Part shown: positions 24,317-35,274 of the stretch, piece by piece
Layout: each line of letters opens with the position of its first letter
How positions within the stretch are numbered: position 1 is the stretch's first letter
Origin: Macrostomum lignano
Taxonomy: Eukaryota
DNA: 64,000 bases
NCBI GenBank assembly: GCA_002269645.1
Contig: NIVC01002300.1
Location: 62,001 to 126,000, forward strand
Direction of reading: 5' to 3'
Program-made: the position numbers and the translations under genes
Notes under the pieces: generated by a model
Databases searched by the model: none
Told to the model about the DNA's origin: nothing
The model's input: the letters and a program-made list of their open reading frames with translations, nothing else

Positions 24317-26966
24317 CTTTGTTTTAATTTTTATTTTCTCGTGATTGTGTTAATATTTTCTATTTTAGTTTCAAATTATTTTTAAAGAGCCTTCAATTTT
24401 GGTTGATATTTAACTACACAATTACATTAGCCTTGAACTTGGCTATTTTTTTGTATGCCAACTGTGTACAACTGTGTACATTTCATGTTGAACCTGAAAA
24501 TTATATATGCCAAGTGTACGCCAAGATTGTCAGCAAGAGCAAAAATATGCCGGAAAATTCTAGCATAAAGGCTACCTTCCAGACTATGGCTAGGGCCTAG
24601 TAGATAATAAATATAAGTACATTCATGCAACAACTATAAAAGTAAAAACATTAGGCCTAAGAAACTACTATAATAGCTTTAAGCTTGGTAACAGTTGTTG
24701 AACTATTCTAGAAGACAGAAACAATCCACGACCCTTAGGGCCTAAGACAACTTGGGTGATAGCAATAAGATCATTTCAAAGGATATATAGAACTTAGCCC
24801 TAGAATAGCTTAGTGTCAGCAGCAATTAGGATTTATACAGAGAGACCTAAGGAAGGGGTGCTAGAACAAGTGAAAGTACAGTGTTTATTATCACATGAAA
24901 ATCAATTTTAATGAAATGGTAGGCCTAGCAATTTAGGCCTAAACAATTTTATTTTAAAAATAAACAAATTTTATCTTAGGCTCAAAGACTAGGCCCCTAT
25001 ATGTTAAACTGACTTGAAAAATTATTTACAGTTGAAAAATGCATTTTTGGAATTTATGGGGTATTTGGATATAGAAGGATTGCGGGATTTTTACTTCTAG
25101 GCCTACCTTTATAGTCTATTTAGAAGCTAAAATAGCAAAATGGCTCTTAGGCTCTGGCTCTGCTTTGATTCTTATAATCTGGGATCAAAATTTAGGTTTA
25201 CCTTAAGAGTAGTAGTTAAACACAATAACAAAGGCAAAGAGAGGGTTTTCATAATTGCAATTCCAGAATTCAGAAATTTCCATAGGCCATTATATAGGAT
25301 CATCCAAGGAAAACAGTAGGGCCTATTACTACTATTACTGGGCCTATAGAATTATATGTTATAGGATAGGAATGTACGAATATATTACACTAGGTCTTCT
25401 ATCTGATTTTTTTCTTCCGCTAGCCTACTTTCAACCAATAATTTTTTAGTTGTTAAAACCATACTACTTGTTTTATACCTTAGTTGTAATTCCATGGTTC
25501 TAAACTCAGCTGTCTCAGCATTATAAAGCCAGCCTAAATATAAAACATTTCTGCGAGATATAGGCCTAAACTGTGTCATTAACTGTGACTCAACAAGCAA
25601 AGGCAGCTAAGCGGTGTAGGCGGTAACGTTTTGATTTTTAAGGTGGGAGCGCCTCTTTAAAATTTTATAATCCCCGGCCGGCTTAGTAGTAGTAGTAGTA
25701 GTAGTAAGTTGGCTCAGGCAAGAAGCCTGTTTGGCCAATATATTTCTGTGTATTTAAGATTACTTCAGGAATAGAAGGCTTGGGTCCATTTAAAATTTTT
25801 TGAGTTGCCGCTTGCGTTACGTTCGCACGTTTCAAGCCGGAAATTTGGCGTAGTTGAACTTGTGGATTCCACAGGGCTACTCCATCTGCCAGGTCATCAA
25901 TTCCGAGGGGATGCTAGATAGAATTGTACTCGAGCGGTTGTTGTTTAGCACAGTCGCTCAGTTCCTCAGACACCGAATTGAATGTACGCCCGATTTCTCG
26001 TATGCTTACTAATGTAGCGTATTGTGCAGCTGCCGCAACCGGAATAAACGAATTGCTGACCGTTAGTTTTCAGAGCTTGCTTAGAATTGAGAATTGGAAG
26101 TTTTAAAGTTTTACTCCCCGTGGGCAAAAGTATTCAAGATAGTGCTAGGGCTTATTGATCGACGAAAAAATATAAGGACGACAAGTACATGTAAAGCAGC
26201 ATATATACAGGACGCGAAACTAACATTTCATGAGAAAAAGTTAAATATATTTATTCGTTTTATAGAAATATTTTTCTGGACACTACCGCTTTGCAATTAA
26301 CTTATATTTATATTGCTTACAGATTCTAAGCGGCTATTAATCGAATGTATACATGCATGCATACATATATACATGTCATATACACGTATACATGCACGCA
26401 TACATGTAACAAATGTATAGTAAAATAGGCATCTTGTTGAAAAGGATTGCCTTAAGAAAAGTGAACTTTAAAAAAACTAAGTTAAGCCAAAAGCCGCGAA
26501 TGGTATTTTATCTTAAAGGGGAATAAAGTTCGAAGGTCCCAACGAAAAAAGAGATTTCCACGTGCATCCATTCAAAAGTGATATTATTGGAAAAGTGACC
26601 TTCAAAATATTTTCCATAGATTTCGAGTGTTGCGTCCTTCTACTTTAGTAGTTCTTTCAAATAAATATATAGGATTAAGGTTTATTGGTTAATTAATCAA
26701 GTTCAGATGATGAGTCGGTTAACGATGCGAGCGTTCGGAAGATCGAGCCGCGGCACAATAAATGTTTCCATTACTCTGCCGCGTTCAGTGGCCTTGCCAA
26801 TGTACGTGGTGCGGGGTAATGGGGTTTAAACTGTGAGGGGGGAGGCTGCCTGCCTATTTATGCCGCCGCGCGGCCTTTGCACGCTCGCCACCCTTTGCGC
26901 TCAAATTTTTTTACTAGCTATTTTTTAGCAGCTAGCTATTGATTAAGCATTTAGTAAGCTGGAAGT

Positions 26967-28124
26967 ATGTGTGAACCGCAAGAACCGCTGAATCATTATA
27001 CAGCCAAAGAGCTGCGTGGCCTTTTATTCAATTATGGGTGCAAACAACAAGGCAAAAAGAGTGAGCTCATTCAGCGCCTTCGCCAAGCCATGCAACAAAG
27101 CACACACAGCCGGAGATCTGAACGGAGACGCCAGGCCAACGGCGAAGAGGCCGCCCTCTCTGCAGCGCTGGGTGCAGCCCGGATCAGCGACGGATCTGAC
27201 GAGGAGACTGCCGCGGGGCCCCCGTCCCAGTCGGATGGCGACCGGAGAAGGCGGCTTCAGCACGAGGTCGAGGTGGAAGAGCTGGAATGTCGGGTCCTCG
27301 AGAACCGCAAGGCTCAGCTGCAGCGACAGGTAGGTGGGCTCGAGGCGTCAGGATCATCGCTGTCTCAGCCAGGTGAGCGCCAGTCTGCGACTGATGTTTT
27401 GCGTGAATGTGCTGAAACGCTGGGCCAATCGGTAGGGACTGGGCAGACGAGTGCCGATGGCAGTGCTATCCCGACAGGATCAGGCCGGCTGTACCTCGTG
27501 CGAGATTTCGCAAAACCAAAGAGTAAGACTGCATCTGGGAATGGAAGCAGCATGGTGGCCGTTATGGAAGGTGGTCAATTGGTTTTCAAACCTCAGCAAA
27601 TCTCGCTAGGGAAAGTTTCTGTTGGCCAGTGGATTGCCGCTAACGCCGAGATCATGTCCAGGCTGATTGCTGATGGTAGCCTGCTAAGCACTAATGGTGA
27701 TGGAAGCCTCAACACTGAAGGCCTGCTTGGATATCTGCAGTACACTAAGAAGGTGGGAGAGCTTCTCGATGCCGGCTATGAGACTAGCGCTGTCTGGGAT
27801 TTTGATGAGGATTACCGCAAGCTCATGCATGATTCCACAGGGAGCCAGTGGGGGTGCGAGCCACCTCAGCCCTATCACAAGCATTTGCACGCACCAACCA
27901 GTGTGCGCTTACCCCAAGGCAGAGACCAGCCTGCTGGCCCGCGGCCTGTGTGCCTCAGCTACAACGCCATTGCTGGTTGCCAGAGAGCCTCCTGCTCTTA
28001 CCGCCACATCTGCAAAGTGAAGGGCTGTGGACGGCAGCATCCTGCCCATCAGCACCAGCATCCTGCTCAACTGCTCCAGCGCGGTCCTGATGACTCGCGG
28101 CCAATGCAGGAGACAAAAAATTGA
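26967..28124 (+). CDS. gag-like ORF1 (385 aa) with N-terminal SAP-like motif and C-terminal Cys/His zinc finger
   Basis: YTAKELRGLLFNYGCKQQGKKSELIQRL is SAP-like. WDFDEDYRK and CLSYNAIAGCQRASCSYRHICKVKGCGRQHPAHQH also present. Stop-free from the ATG. Confidence 0.8.
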   Translation: MCEPQEPLNHYTAKELRGLLFNYGCKQQGKKSELIQRLRQAMQQSTHSRRSERRRQANGEEAALSAALGAARISDGSDEETAAGPPSQSDGDRRRRLQHEVEVEELECRVLENRKAQLQRQVGGLEASGSSLSQPGERQSATDVLRECAETLGQSVGTGQTSADGSAIPTGSGRLYLVRDFAKPKSKTASGNGSSMVAVMEGGQLVFKPQQISLGKVSVGQWIAANAEIMSRLIADGSLLSTNGDGSLNTEGLLGYLQYTKKVGELLDAGYETSAVWDFDEDYRKLMHDSTGSQWGCEPPQPYHKHLHAPTSVRLPQGRDQPAGPRPVCLSYNAIAGCQRASCSYRHICKVKGCGRQHPAHQHQHPAQLLQRGPDDSRPMQETKN

Positions 28125-29760
28125 ATGAATTTTATAGTGCTTTTAATCCTCCACGTCAACAAAATTTTAACTCCTCTGCTGGTGATTTGAAGGCTTCCGC
28201 TTGGGAGAAGCTGTTGCATAACGACCCCGACAAGCAATATTTGATGAATGGCATTGTTCACGGCTTTCGTCTGGTTAATAATAAGCAACCTAATATTACT
28301 ACTCTGAGAGATAATTACGCATCCGCTAGCCAGAATGCCGCCAAGGTGGAAGCTCAACTTCTGGACGAGCTTCGGCTTGGCCGCTACACCGTTGCTCAGG
28401 AGCCTGTAAAAGTGAACCCCATTGGTGCCTTGCCTAAAGCCAACGGGAAAGTCCGCCTCATTCACGATCTGTCAGCTCCGCTCGGCGACTCTGTTACTGA
28501 CTACTATCAGCAGGAAAAAGGCATCCGTTTTGGCTCCGTTCGAGAATTTAAGAAGCATTTAAAGCCCGGTTCCTTCATGGCCAAAGTGGATTTGAAAGAT
28601 GCTTATAGGTCCGTCGCCATCAGTCCCAATGACCATTGTCTCACTGGTTTGAAGTGGCGCTTTCTAGGCCAGGATTGCGAGACTACGATGTTCGACACCA
28701 GGCTGCCTTTCGGTTCGCGCGCCTCCTGTGAGATTTTTCACCGGCTTTCATCAGCGGTAAGGCGCTACATGGTGCGGTGCGGTTTTCATGCCACCGTTAA
28801 TTACCTGGACGATTGGGCGATCGCAGCTGACACGGAGAGCGGGGCCAGGCGGGCCTACGATTTTCTGACTAATCTGCTGCAGTCGCTGGGTTTCACTATT
28901 AACTGGGATAAGTCGACTCAACCTGTGCAACAGTTGGTTTTTCTAGGAATAAGCATCGATACGCGCAAGGGTACGATGAGTCTTCCTGCTGACAAAGCCA
29001 GTGAGATCGACAACCTGCTGAGGGACTGCGGCCGCATGCAGACCATCCGCCTCAAGACTATGCAGAAGCTGGTGGGAAAGCTCGGCTGGCTGTGTCAAAT
29101 CAATGGCCAGCTACGGCCTTTCCTTCGGCCGCTGATTGCCTCCATGGACTATGACTGCAAGCTCCAATTGTGCTTACGTCCGAGCTGAAAATGCATCTGG
29201 ATTGGTGGCGGAAAGCGCTGGCCTGGTTGCCGCCTAGTAGTCTATGGCCAAACTACCAGCAGCTCGCAGCGATCGAGTCTGACAGCTCCACCGAAGGTGC
29301 GGCAGGCATTCTGAGGACCTCAACTGTCACTGACTGGGTCTATATCAACTGGGAGAGAGACTTTAATGGCCAGTTTATGAATTTGCACATCAATTTCAAG
29401 GAAGCCATGGCTCCGCTGTTAACGGTTTTAAAGTTTCGCGCGACTCTGGTCAACACCAGGGTTGTGGTGTACTCTGATAGTACCGCCGCTGTCGGCATGA
29501 TAAAGCGCCTGTCCTGCAGTCATCCCGATCTCCTTCGGATCTATCAAACTGTGGCTTTGTTGTGCATTCGTGATGGCATTTGTATTGAAGCTTATCACCT
29601 GCCGGGTCGTATGCAAATTTTTAGTGACCCGGCGTCTCGTATGCTCGGTTCTCGTGCTGAATTGCTTAACTTTTGCTTTCGTTTTTATGGTCATATCGAC
29701 CTTTTGCCTGACAATTTTGCCATGCACGCGCTCTCGGTGTCTTCTCGCGCCGCCCTTCGC
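28121..29760 (+). pseudogene. Reverse transcriptase and RNase H, frameshift near 29175
   Basis: RT motifs RLIHDLS, KVDLKDAYRSV, RLPFG, NYLDD. RNase H motifs ESDSS, INFKEAMA, YSDSTAAV, HLPGRMQIFSDPASR. Confidence 0.92.
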
Positions 29761-29762
29761 TT

Positions 29763-30756
29763 TCAGGTCGCCTCCGCTCTCGGGACGGGCCGCCCCAGAA
29801 GGCAGTCTCCGCCGGTCTGCTCTGCCGCCTCGCCCTCGCAGACAGTTCCTGGAAATCCTACCGCAGCCAATTCAAAGCCTGGCGTGCGTTCTGTGATCAG
29901 GCGGGCATTGGTCCGACCACCGCCAGCGAGAGCGACCTGTGCCAGTACGTCGTCCACCTGGTGCAATCACGAATTAGCGCCTTCTCAGCCCTGCGGTCCT
30001 ACATCAATGCCGTCTCGGTGCTCCACCAGCTGGCCGGCTCGCCAGACCCAGCTCGAGGGGCGGCACGGCTGCAGTTCCTTTTGAGGGGCGCTCGGCGCTT
30101 CCTGGGGCTTCGGACCAAGCAGGCGGCAGCGCTCGAGCCTGCTCACCTGCGGCGGCTTGCGGTGACCCTGCGGCCCGTCGAGGCTTCGCCCCAAACCTGT
30201 GGTCTGCATTCTGCGCCGCCTTGCTGGTGGCCTGGTGGGGGCTGATCCGAGTTGGCGACCTGCTGCCGGACTCTGAAGCTGCCGAGCTGTGCTCTAGCCA
30301 TCTGTCCAGTTCCGGCTCCGGGCTGGTGCTGCAGCTGCAGCGGTCCAAGACCAACCAGTTCGGCCAGCGTGTCCACACGGTACAGCTGCCTTGCCTGGCC
30401 GGCGCGGCCTGGTGCCCTGTCAGTGCGGTGTTGCGCCACCTGCGCCAGAATCGCGTCGGCGCCACCGTCCCGTTGTTCTCTACCTCGTGGGCTCGCGGAG
30501 GCTGAGTTTGAAGTCTCGTCTGCTGACCTCGCTTCTGCGGCAGGCACTGCGTAACTGCGGTTTCAACCCGTCCGCCTTTTCCGGCCACAGCCTGCGGCGC
30601 GGTGGGGCCAGCTTTGCCCTGCAGGCGGGGGTTGCCTTGCCTGATATCATGGCCCTGGGCGACTGGCGCTCTGACTGTGTGAAACGCTACTTCAGTGACC
30701 GTGCTTCTGTGCCCCGCAAGTCTCGGGCAGTCGACCTGATGGTGTCGCTTTTTTAA
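29763..30756 (+). pseudogene. Tyrosine recombinase, two frameshifts
   Basis: ALADSSWKSYRSQFKAWRAFC, WWGLIRVGDLL, LQRSKTNQFG, CPVSAV, FSGHSLRRGGAS, GDWRSDCVKRY (R, K, HxxR, W, Y catalytic set). Confidence 0.92.
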
Positions 30757-31018
30757 TTCCCCCGTCTCTTCTCTGACTAACTGTCGTTTTATCCTCTTTG
30801 GGGTTGGGAGTTCGTTTGCTGCTCCCCCCTTTAATGCTATGTTGCACTTGCGCCTCGTGCTCGCCAAACGCCGCCTTCTTTGCCTGTCCATCCTCATGGT
30901 TTAATACGCTTAATCAGGATTCGCTAAGGAGAAGTTGAACGGAAAGTTAAAATTTGAAAACGGAAAAAGAGAAAGCTATAGGTTAAAATAAAAGTTGACT
31001 CGTTTAGCTGCAACGGGT

Positions 31019-31988
31019 TTAAAACCTCTTCAAGACGGTGAAGATATTTGTCACTCTCCGTTTCAGTCGGATGGGTCGAAATCGGGCCATAGACACTTTC
31101 TTTTAGCTCAAAAATTGCATTCCCATTCCAGTCGGAAAGACCACAGAGTGAAAGACTTTATATATAGATGTACGAGCTATGTGTGTGTCCTGTGTGAGTT
31201 TAGAACTTTCTGTCACATACGAAAAAGTGTTTCATCTTAATCCGCAACATTCCTAAAAGTATTCCAAAAAGCATGGTTTCGAGAAGACCTCCACCCAGGC
31301 AGGCTTTACTGGCAGCAAAACGCAGACTCGGTCTTGATTCCGACACCGACGAGTCTGAAATTAACGATAGCGCTGACTCGGACTCTGAGAATGAGGCCAA
31401 TTTGGATCCGTTAGTGGCTACCTGTGGAACCTAGCTGTGCATTCCTCGTTGGAGGAGAATTCGAAGTTTGGTGCCAACCTCGATTGCAATGGCCTCTCCT
31501 TTAGTGAAAAGGTTGTCGTTGAGCTGTCTCAAAACCTGCTTAACTTAGACTATCACTTCTTTTTGGACAGCTGGTTCAGCTCGAACCGTTTGGCCCTATG
31601 GCTTCTGGAGAGGAGCACGCTAGTCACAGGAACAGTCCGGAAAGATCGCGGAATTCCCATGCTTCTTCAAGAGCAGAACATCCAGCCAACTTCTTCGAGA
31701 TTCGCGAGGAACAGCAACGTTCTGGCGTGCAAGTTTGTTGACAAAAAGCAGAGCAAAAATCATCTTCTAAGGTGTTAGAAAGCTTTGAATGCTTTTGAAA
31801 TTTGAATAAAACTTTCCCGCCATCTTTGCAAAGTTTGTTTGCTTTACTTCTATTTTTGGTCGAGTTCGACCCATAGCCGACTGGAACGGTGGCTAGACAA
31901 TTTGTGCGCTGGCCATAGATATTTTGAACCGACTGCGCTGGGGAGTTGTAAGTGGTCGAAAACGACCTTCCCGACTTCTTAAGGTTAA
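31019..31988 (+). mobile_element. Second degenerate piggyBac relic
   Basis: 31437-31778 encodes KVVVELSQNLLNLDYHFFLDSWFSS and GTVRKDRG (second catalytic Asp region), with an acidic N-terminal piece at ~31273-31430. TTAA-bounded degenerate ends and an inverted repeat at ~31057-31082 vs ~31862-31890. Confidence 0.75.
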
Positions 31989-32024
31989 ATACTTGTGTAC
32001 GCACGATTTCCACGCAGGGAACTA

Positions 32025-33193
32025 CGAGGGGTGTTCAAAAAGTTCTGCAACCTACTCTTCTGTAGTTGTTTTGACTGCTCCAAATAAACTTAAATTCTAT
32101 ACACCGAAGGCTAATTTTGTTATTAACTTGTATGTGGAGTTTTATTCTGATTCATGAATTTTTTTATTGTGGCTGAACCCCGGACTATTTCCAGTTGTCA
32201 GCTTCTGCATAGAACCTTCAAAAGAGCAGATTTGCTTTTTATCCATATGCGTATGCACCAATTTGCCTTTATTTTTTTCTGAATCTACACTTTTTCTGTG
32301 TCTTTTGACACCGTCGTGCACTGTTTGCGCCACTTTTCTGATGGTCAGTTGAGCGTCCAAGACGAGACCCAGTCTGGATGACCTTGGAAATCCGTGACCG
32401 AGCTGTCAGTGGCCCGCACAAAAGCCATTGTGCCCAAGGATCGAAACGTGATGCTGAGATTCTTTGCCTACGAGCTCAGTGTTAGCTATGGTAGCGCTCA
32501 CAACATCATGCATGAGCAGCTGGGCCACACCAAGACCTGCGCACGTTGGGTGCCGCATCTGCTCACAGCGGAACGGCAAGCTGAGTGGGTGCGCATTTGC
32601 TGACTGTGCATGGCTGCAGATGTTCGAACCCAATGATTTCAGAAGGTTGTCGGACGTCATGACAGATGACGAATGATGGATTTCCTTCATCACAACGAAG
32701 GACCTGCAGTCCAACATTGGTCTGGTTGACCAAGATGATTCCAGATCTGAGGTCGTAAAGACCGGTTTCAGAAGCAGGAAGAGGATGTTCCACTTTTTCT
32801 TCAACTACCAGAGTGTTGTGGCAGTGGACATCCTTCCTGAGGGCAGCACTGTGACTGCTAAGTATTACACCGAAACAGTGCTGCTGGTTGTGCTGCGGGG
32901 AGAGGCGGCAGCAGGCAAGAACTTGGCATGGTGCCAGGCTGAAGCTGCTTCCCGACAATGCAGCACCACACATTGCTGCTGCAACTTAGGAATTTCCGGA
33001 GCAGCAAGGGATTCAGCTGCAGCACCAAAACTCTACTGGTCAGACTTCGCCTCCCGCGACTTCTGGCTGTTTCCGAAGCTGAAGTCAGCATACTTTGAAG
33101 GTCATTGCGGCAGTACTCAGAATTTACGGATGCACAACATTATTCCAGGACATTTCAGCAAAGCCACTTGCAGAACTTTTTGAACACCCCTCG
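32025..33193 (+). mobile_element. mariner (Tc1/mariner, D34D type) element, decayed transposase
   Basis: Perfect 26-bp TIR CGAGGGGTGTTCAAAAAGTTCTGCAA, TA on both sides. CARWVPHLLT, MTDDE, PDNAAPH and SDFASRDFWLFPKLK motifs are spread over frames with stops. Confidence 0.95.
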
Positions 33194-34204
33194 TACATGT
33201 AAAAGGCCCATCCGGTGGGGCAAACGGTGCCCCGCGAATGGCGAAAAGCAAAGGACTAAACGCACAACGGTAAAATTAAAGGGGCCCGGGTCCAGTGGAG
33301 AGGGCAAATCCCTACCGCGGGTAACCAAATATGACAAACATTTCGTCATCAACGGGGGTAGTAGATGGTTGTCCTTCAGCCGGACTAGTCGTCCCGGAGG
33401 AGGAAGCGCAGGGAGAAATCGTTGTGTTATTCACGCAAAAGTAATCATTTAAAAATAACGTGCTTTAGCCCCACTAACACAGTTTCCAGTTCATTCGTCT
33501 GCTTTAGTACGCTCGTAGACGAAACGCAGTTTTCTTCTAAAACTTTCGAAATGGGAGTGGGGTTGCAGAGTGGGGTGGCGAGCTGCTCAAGCCCAATAAC
33601 CTTCTCTCCGCTAATACATGCAGGGGTCTTACATCATTTAAACAAACTACTCGTATTTTACTTAACATACACACCTACATGTACAAAAGGAATATTAATA
33701 AGCGTAATTATTAAAACCATTGAAACAGAAACTTTTGAAAATTCGCTAAATATAAAAAGTATCAACAAATGGTTCTTTTATTATTAAAAAATTCTCGTCA
33801 GCAAGCTCTACAATGTGACGATTGCAATCAATGTATGGCAGCATCGAATGTGTGATTCAGGCATAAGCCAAAAGAGAGCATCGTCAGATTCTAGAAGATG
33901 ACGGCAATTCCTTTAACTGGATTTGCTCACACTGTAAATTAATTGGGAAAAAAAGGTAAGCACAAAGTAAAGTTGGTCACCTTATCATTTTCCGATCTCT
34001 TTTTAAGCAAAACGCCAATAAAGGCATATAATTGTGTGTACATGTATGCCACTTGAAATGAAATACATGACACCAAACTTGGTAGGTGCCGACAGCCGCT
34101 GCCAATCTACCAGTTGTCCACGCCGGTGCTGCCGCCGATGGAAATTCCGATGGACTGCAGGATCCGACGCGCCTCTCGTTGAAGTGCAGCTATAGAGTCG
34201 CAGC

Positions 34205-34402
34205 ACGAACAAGAGAGTAGACAAAAGAGCAGAGAGACGAGATACGAGAGAGGGAGAGAGCAGAGGAGAGATGAGAAGAGAGTAGACAGAGAAGAGGTGA
34301 AGAGGGAGAACAGAGAAGAAACGAGAGAGGGGAAAGAGAAAGTGGAGAGATGAAGAAAGATGAGAAATGAGAGCAGAAATGAGAGAAACAAGAGAGAATA
34401 GA
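34205..34402. repeat. GA-rich low-complexity polypurine tract
   Basis: Directly visible. Confidence 0.85.
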
Positions 34403-35037
34403 TGTTAAATCGGGTGATCCTTAAGAACAGAAAAATACTACGAGCTAAACAAAGAAAATCAGTTGTTTAGAATTTCGCCTTTAACACTTCTGTGGTCTCG
34501 CGCAGGCAAACAAAATACACTCACTAAAAAATCACGCCCATTAAATAATTATTTAACGTGGGGGGGGGGGTTAAGCAGATAGAGGATATGGCTCATGTAC
34601 ATAACAATTAAACAAGAGCAACCCCTAAATTATGACGAAAAATGAAACTCCATAACAGTAGAGTGGAGCGAGGAGATAGAGGAGAGAAACATGGAGATAA
34701 GCAGTCAAAAACAAACTTATCGCATGCTCTCAATAGATACTGGGATTTAAATTTGGAACTTTTAGCAATTACGAATTCTCACCAGCTAATTCTGGAAATC
34801 AACGGATAATAATATTTGCAGAAAGATTGAGCACCCTTGAGCAACGTATTTTTCGACATTGTCAGCCAGCGCTTGGGGAAATTCTCTTCATTCGATCCGC
34901 TAACCCCTGAGCTACAAGCGAGCGCGGATACTCATGCGCATAATCAAACTTTCTAATCAGAAAGCATGTCCACTCTCTGTAACTTGTAGGTGGCCCAAGG
35001 CTGACTTAATGAATTGTTATTCTCATGTTTATTATTT

Positions 35038-35270
35038 ATTATTTGCAGTGTTAAATTATTTGCAATGTTAAATTATTTGCAGTGTTAAATTATTTGCAGT
35101 GTTAAATTATTTGCAGTGTTAAATTATTTGCAATGTTAAATTATTTGCAGTGTTAAATTATTTGCAGTGTTAAATTATTTGCAGTGTTAAATTATTTGCA
35201 GTGTGTTAAATTATTTGCAGTGTTAAATTATTTGCAGTGTTAAATTATTTGCACCCTGGTGCAAAATTAT
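35038..35270. repeat. 17-bp minisatellite (GTGTTAAATTATTTGCA)
   Basis: About 13 units immediately upstream of the RTE element. Confidence 0.95.
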
Positions 35271-35274
35271 TTGC

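Larger units (their letters stand above)
26967..30756 (+). mobile_element. Tyrosine-recombinase retrotransposon (DIRS order, Ngaro-like): gag, RT-RNase H, YR
   Basis: Three overlapping ORF systems in DIRS order. Terminal or split direct repeats were not found by eye, so the boundaries given are those of the ORFs. Confidence 0.92.

Noticed and set aside
29160-29190. Programmed ribosomal frameshift between RT and RNase H
   Set aside because: No slippery heptamer is visible, and the YR ORF has similar breaks, so decay or assembly indels are simpler explanations.
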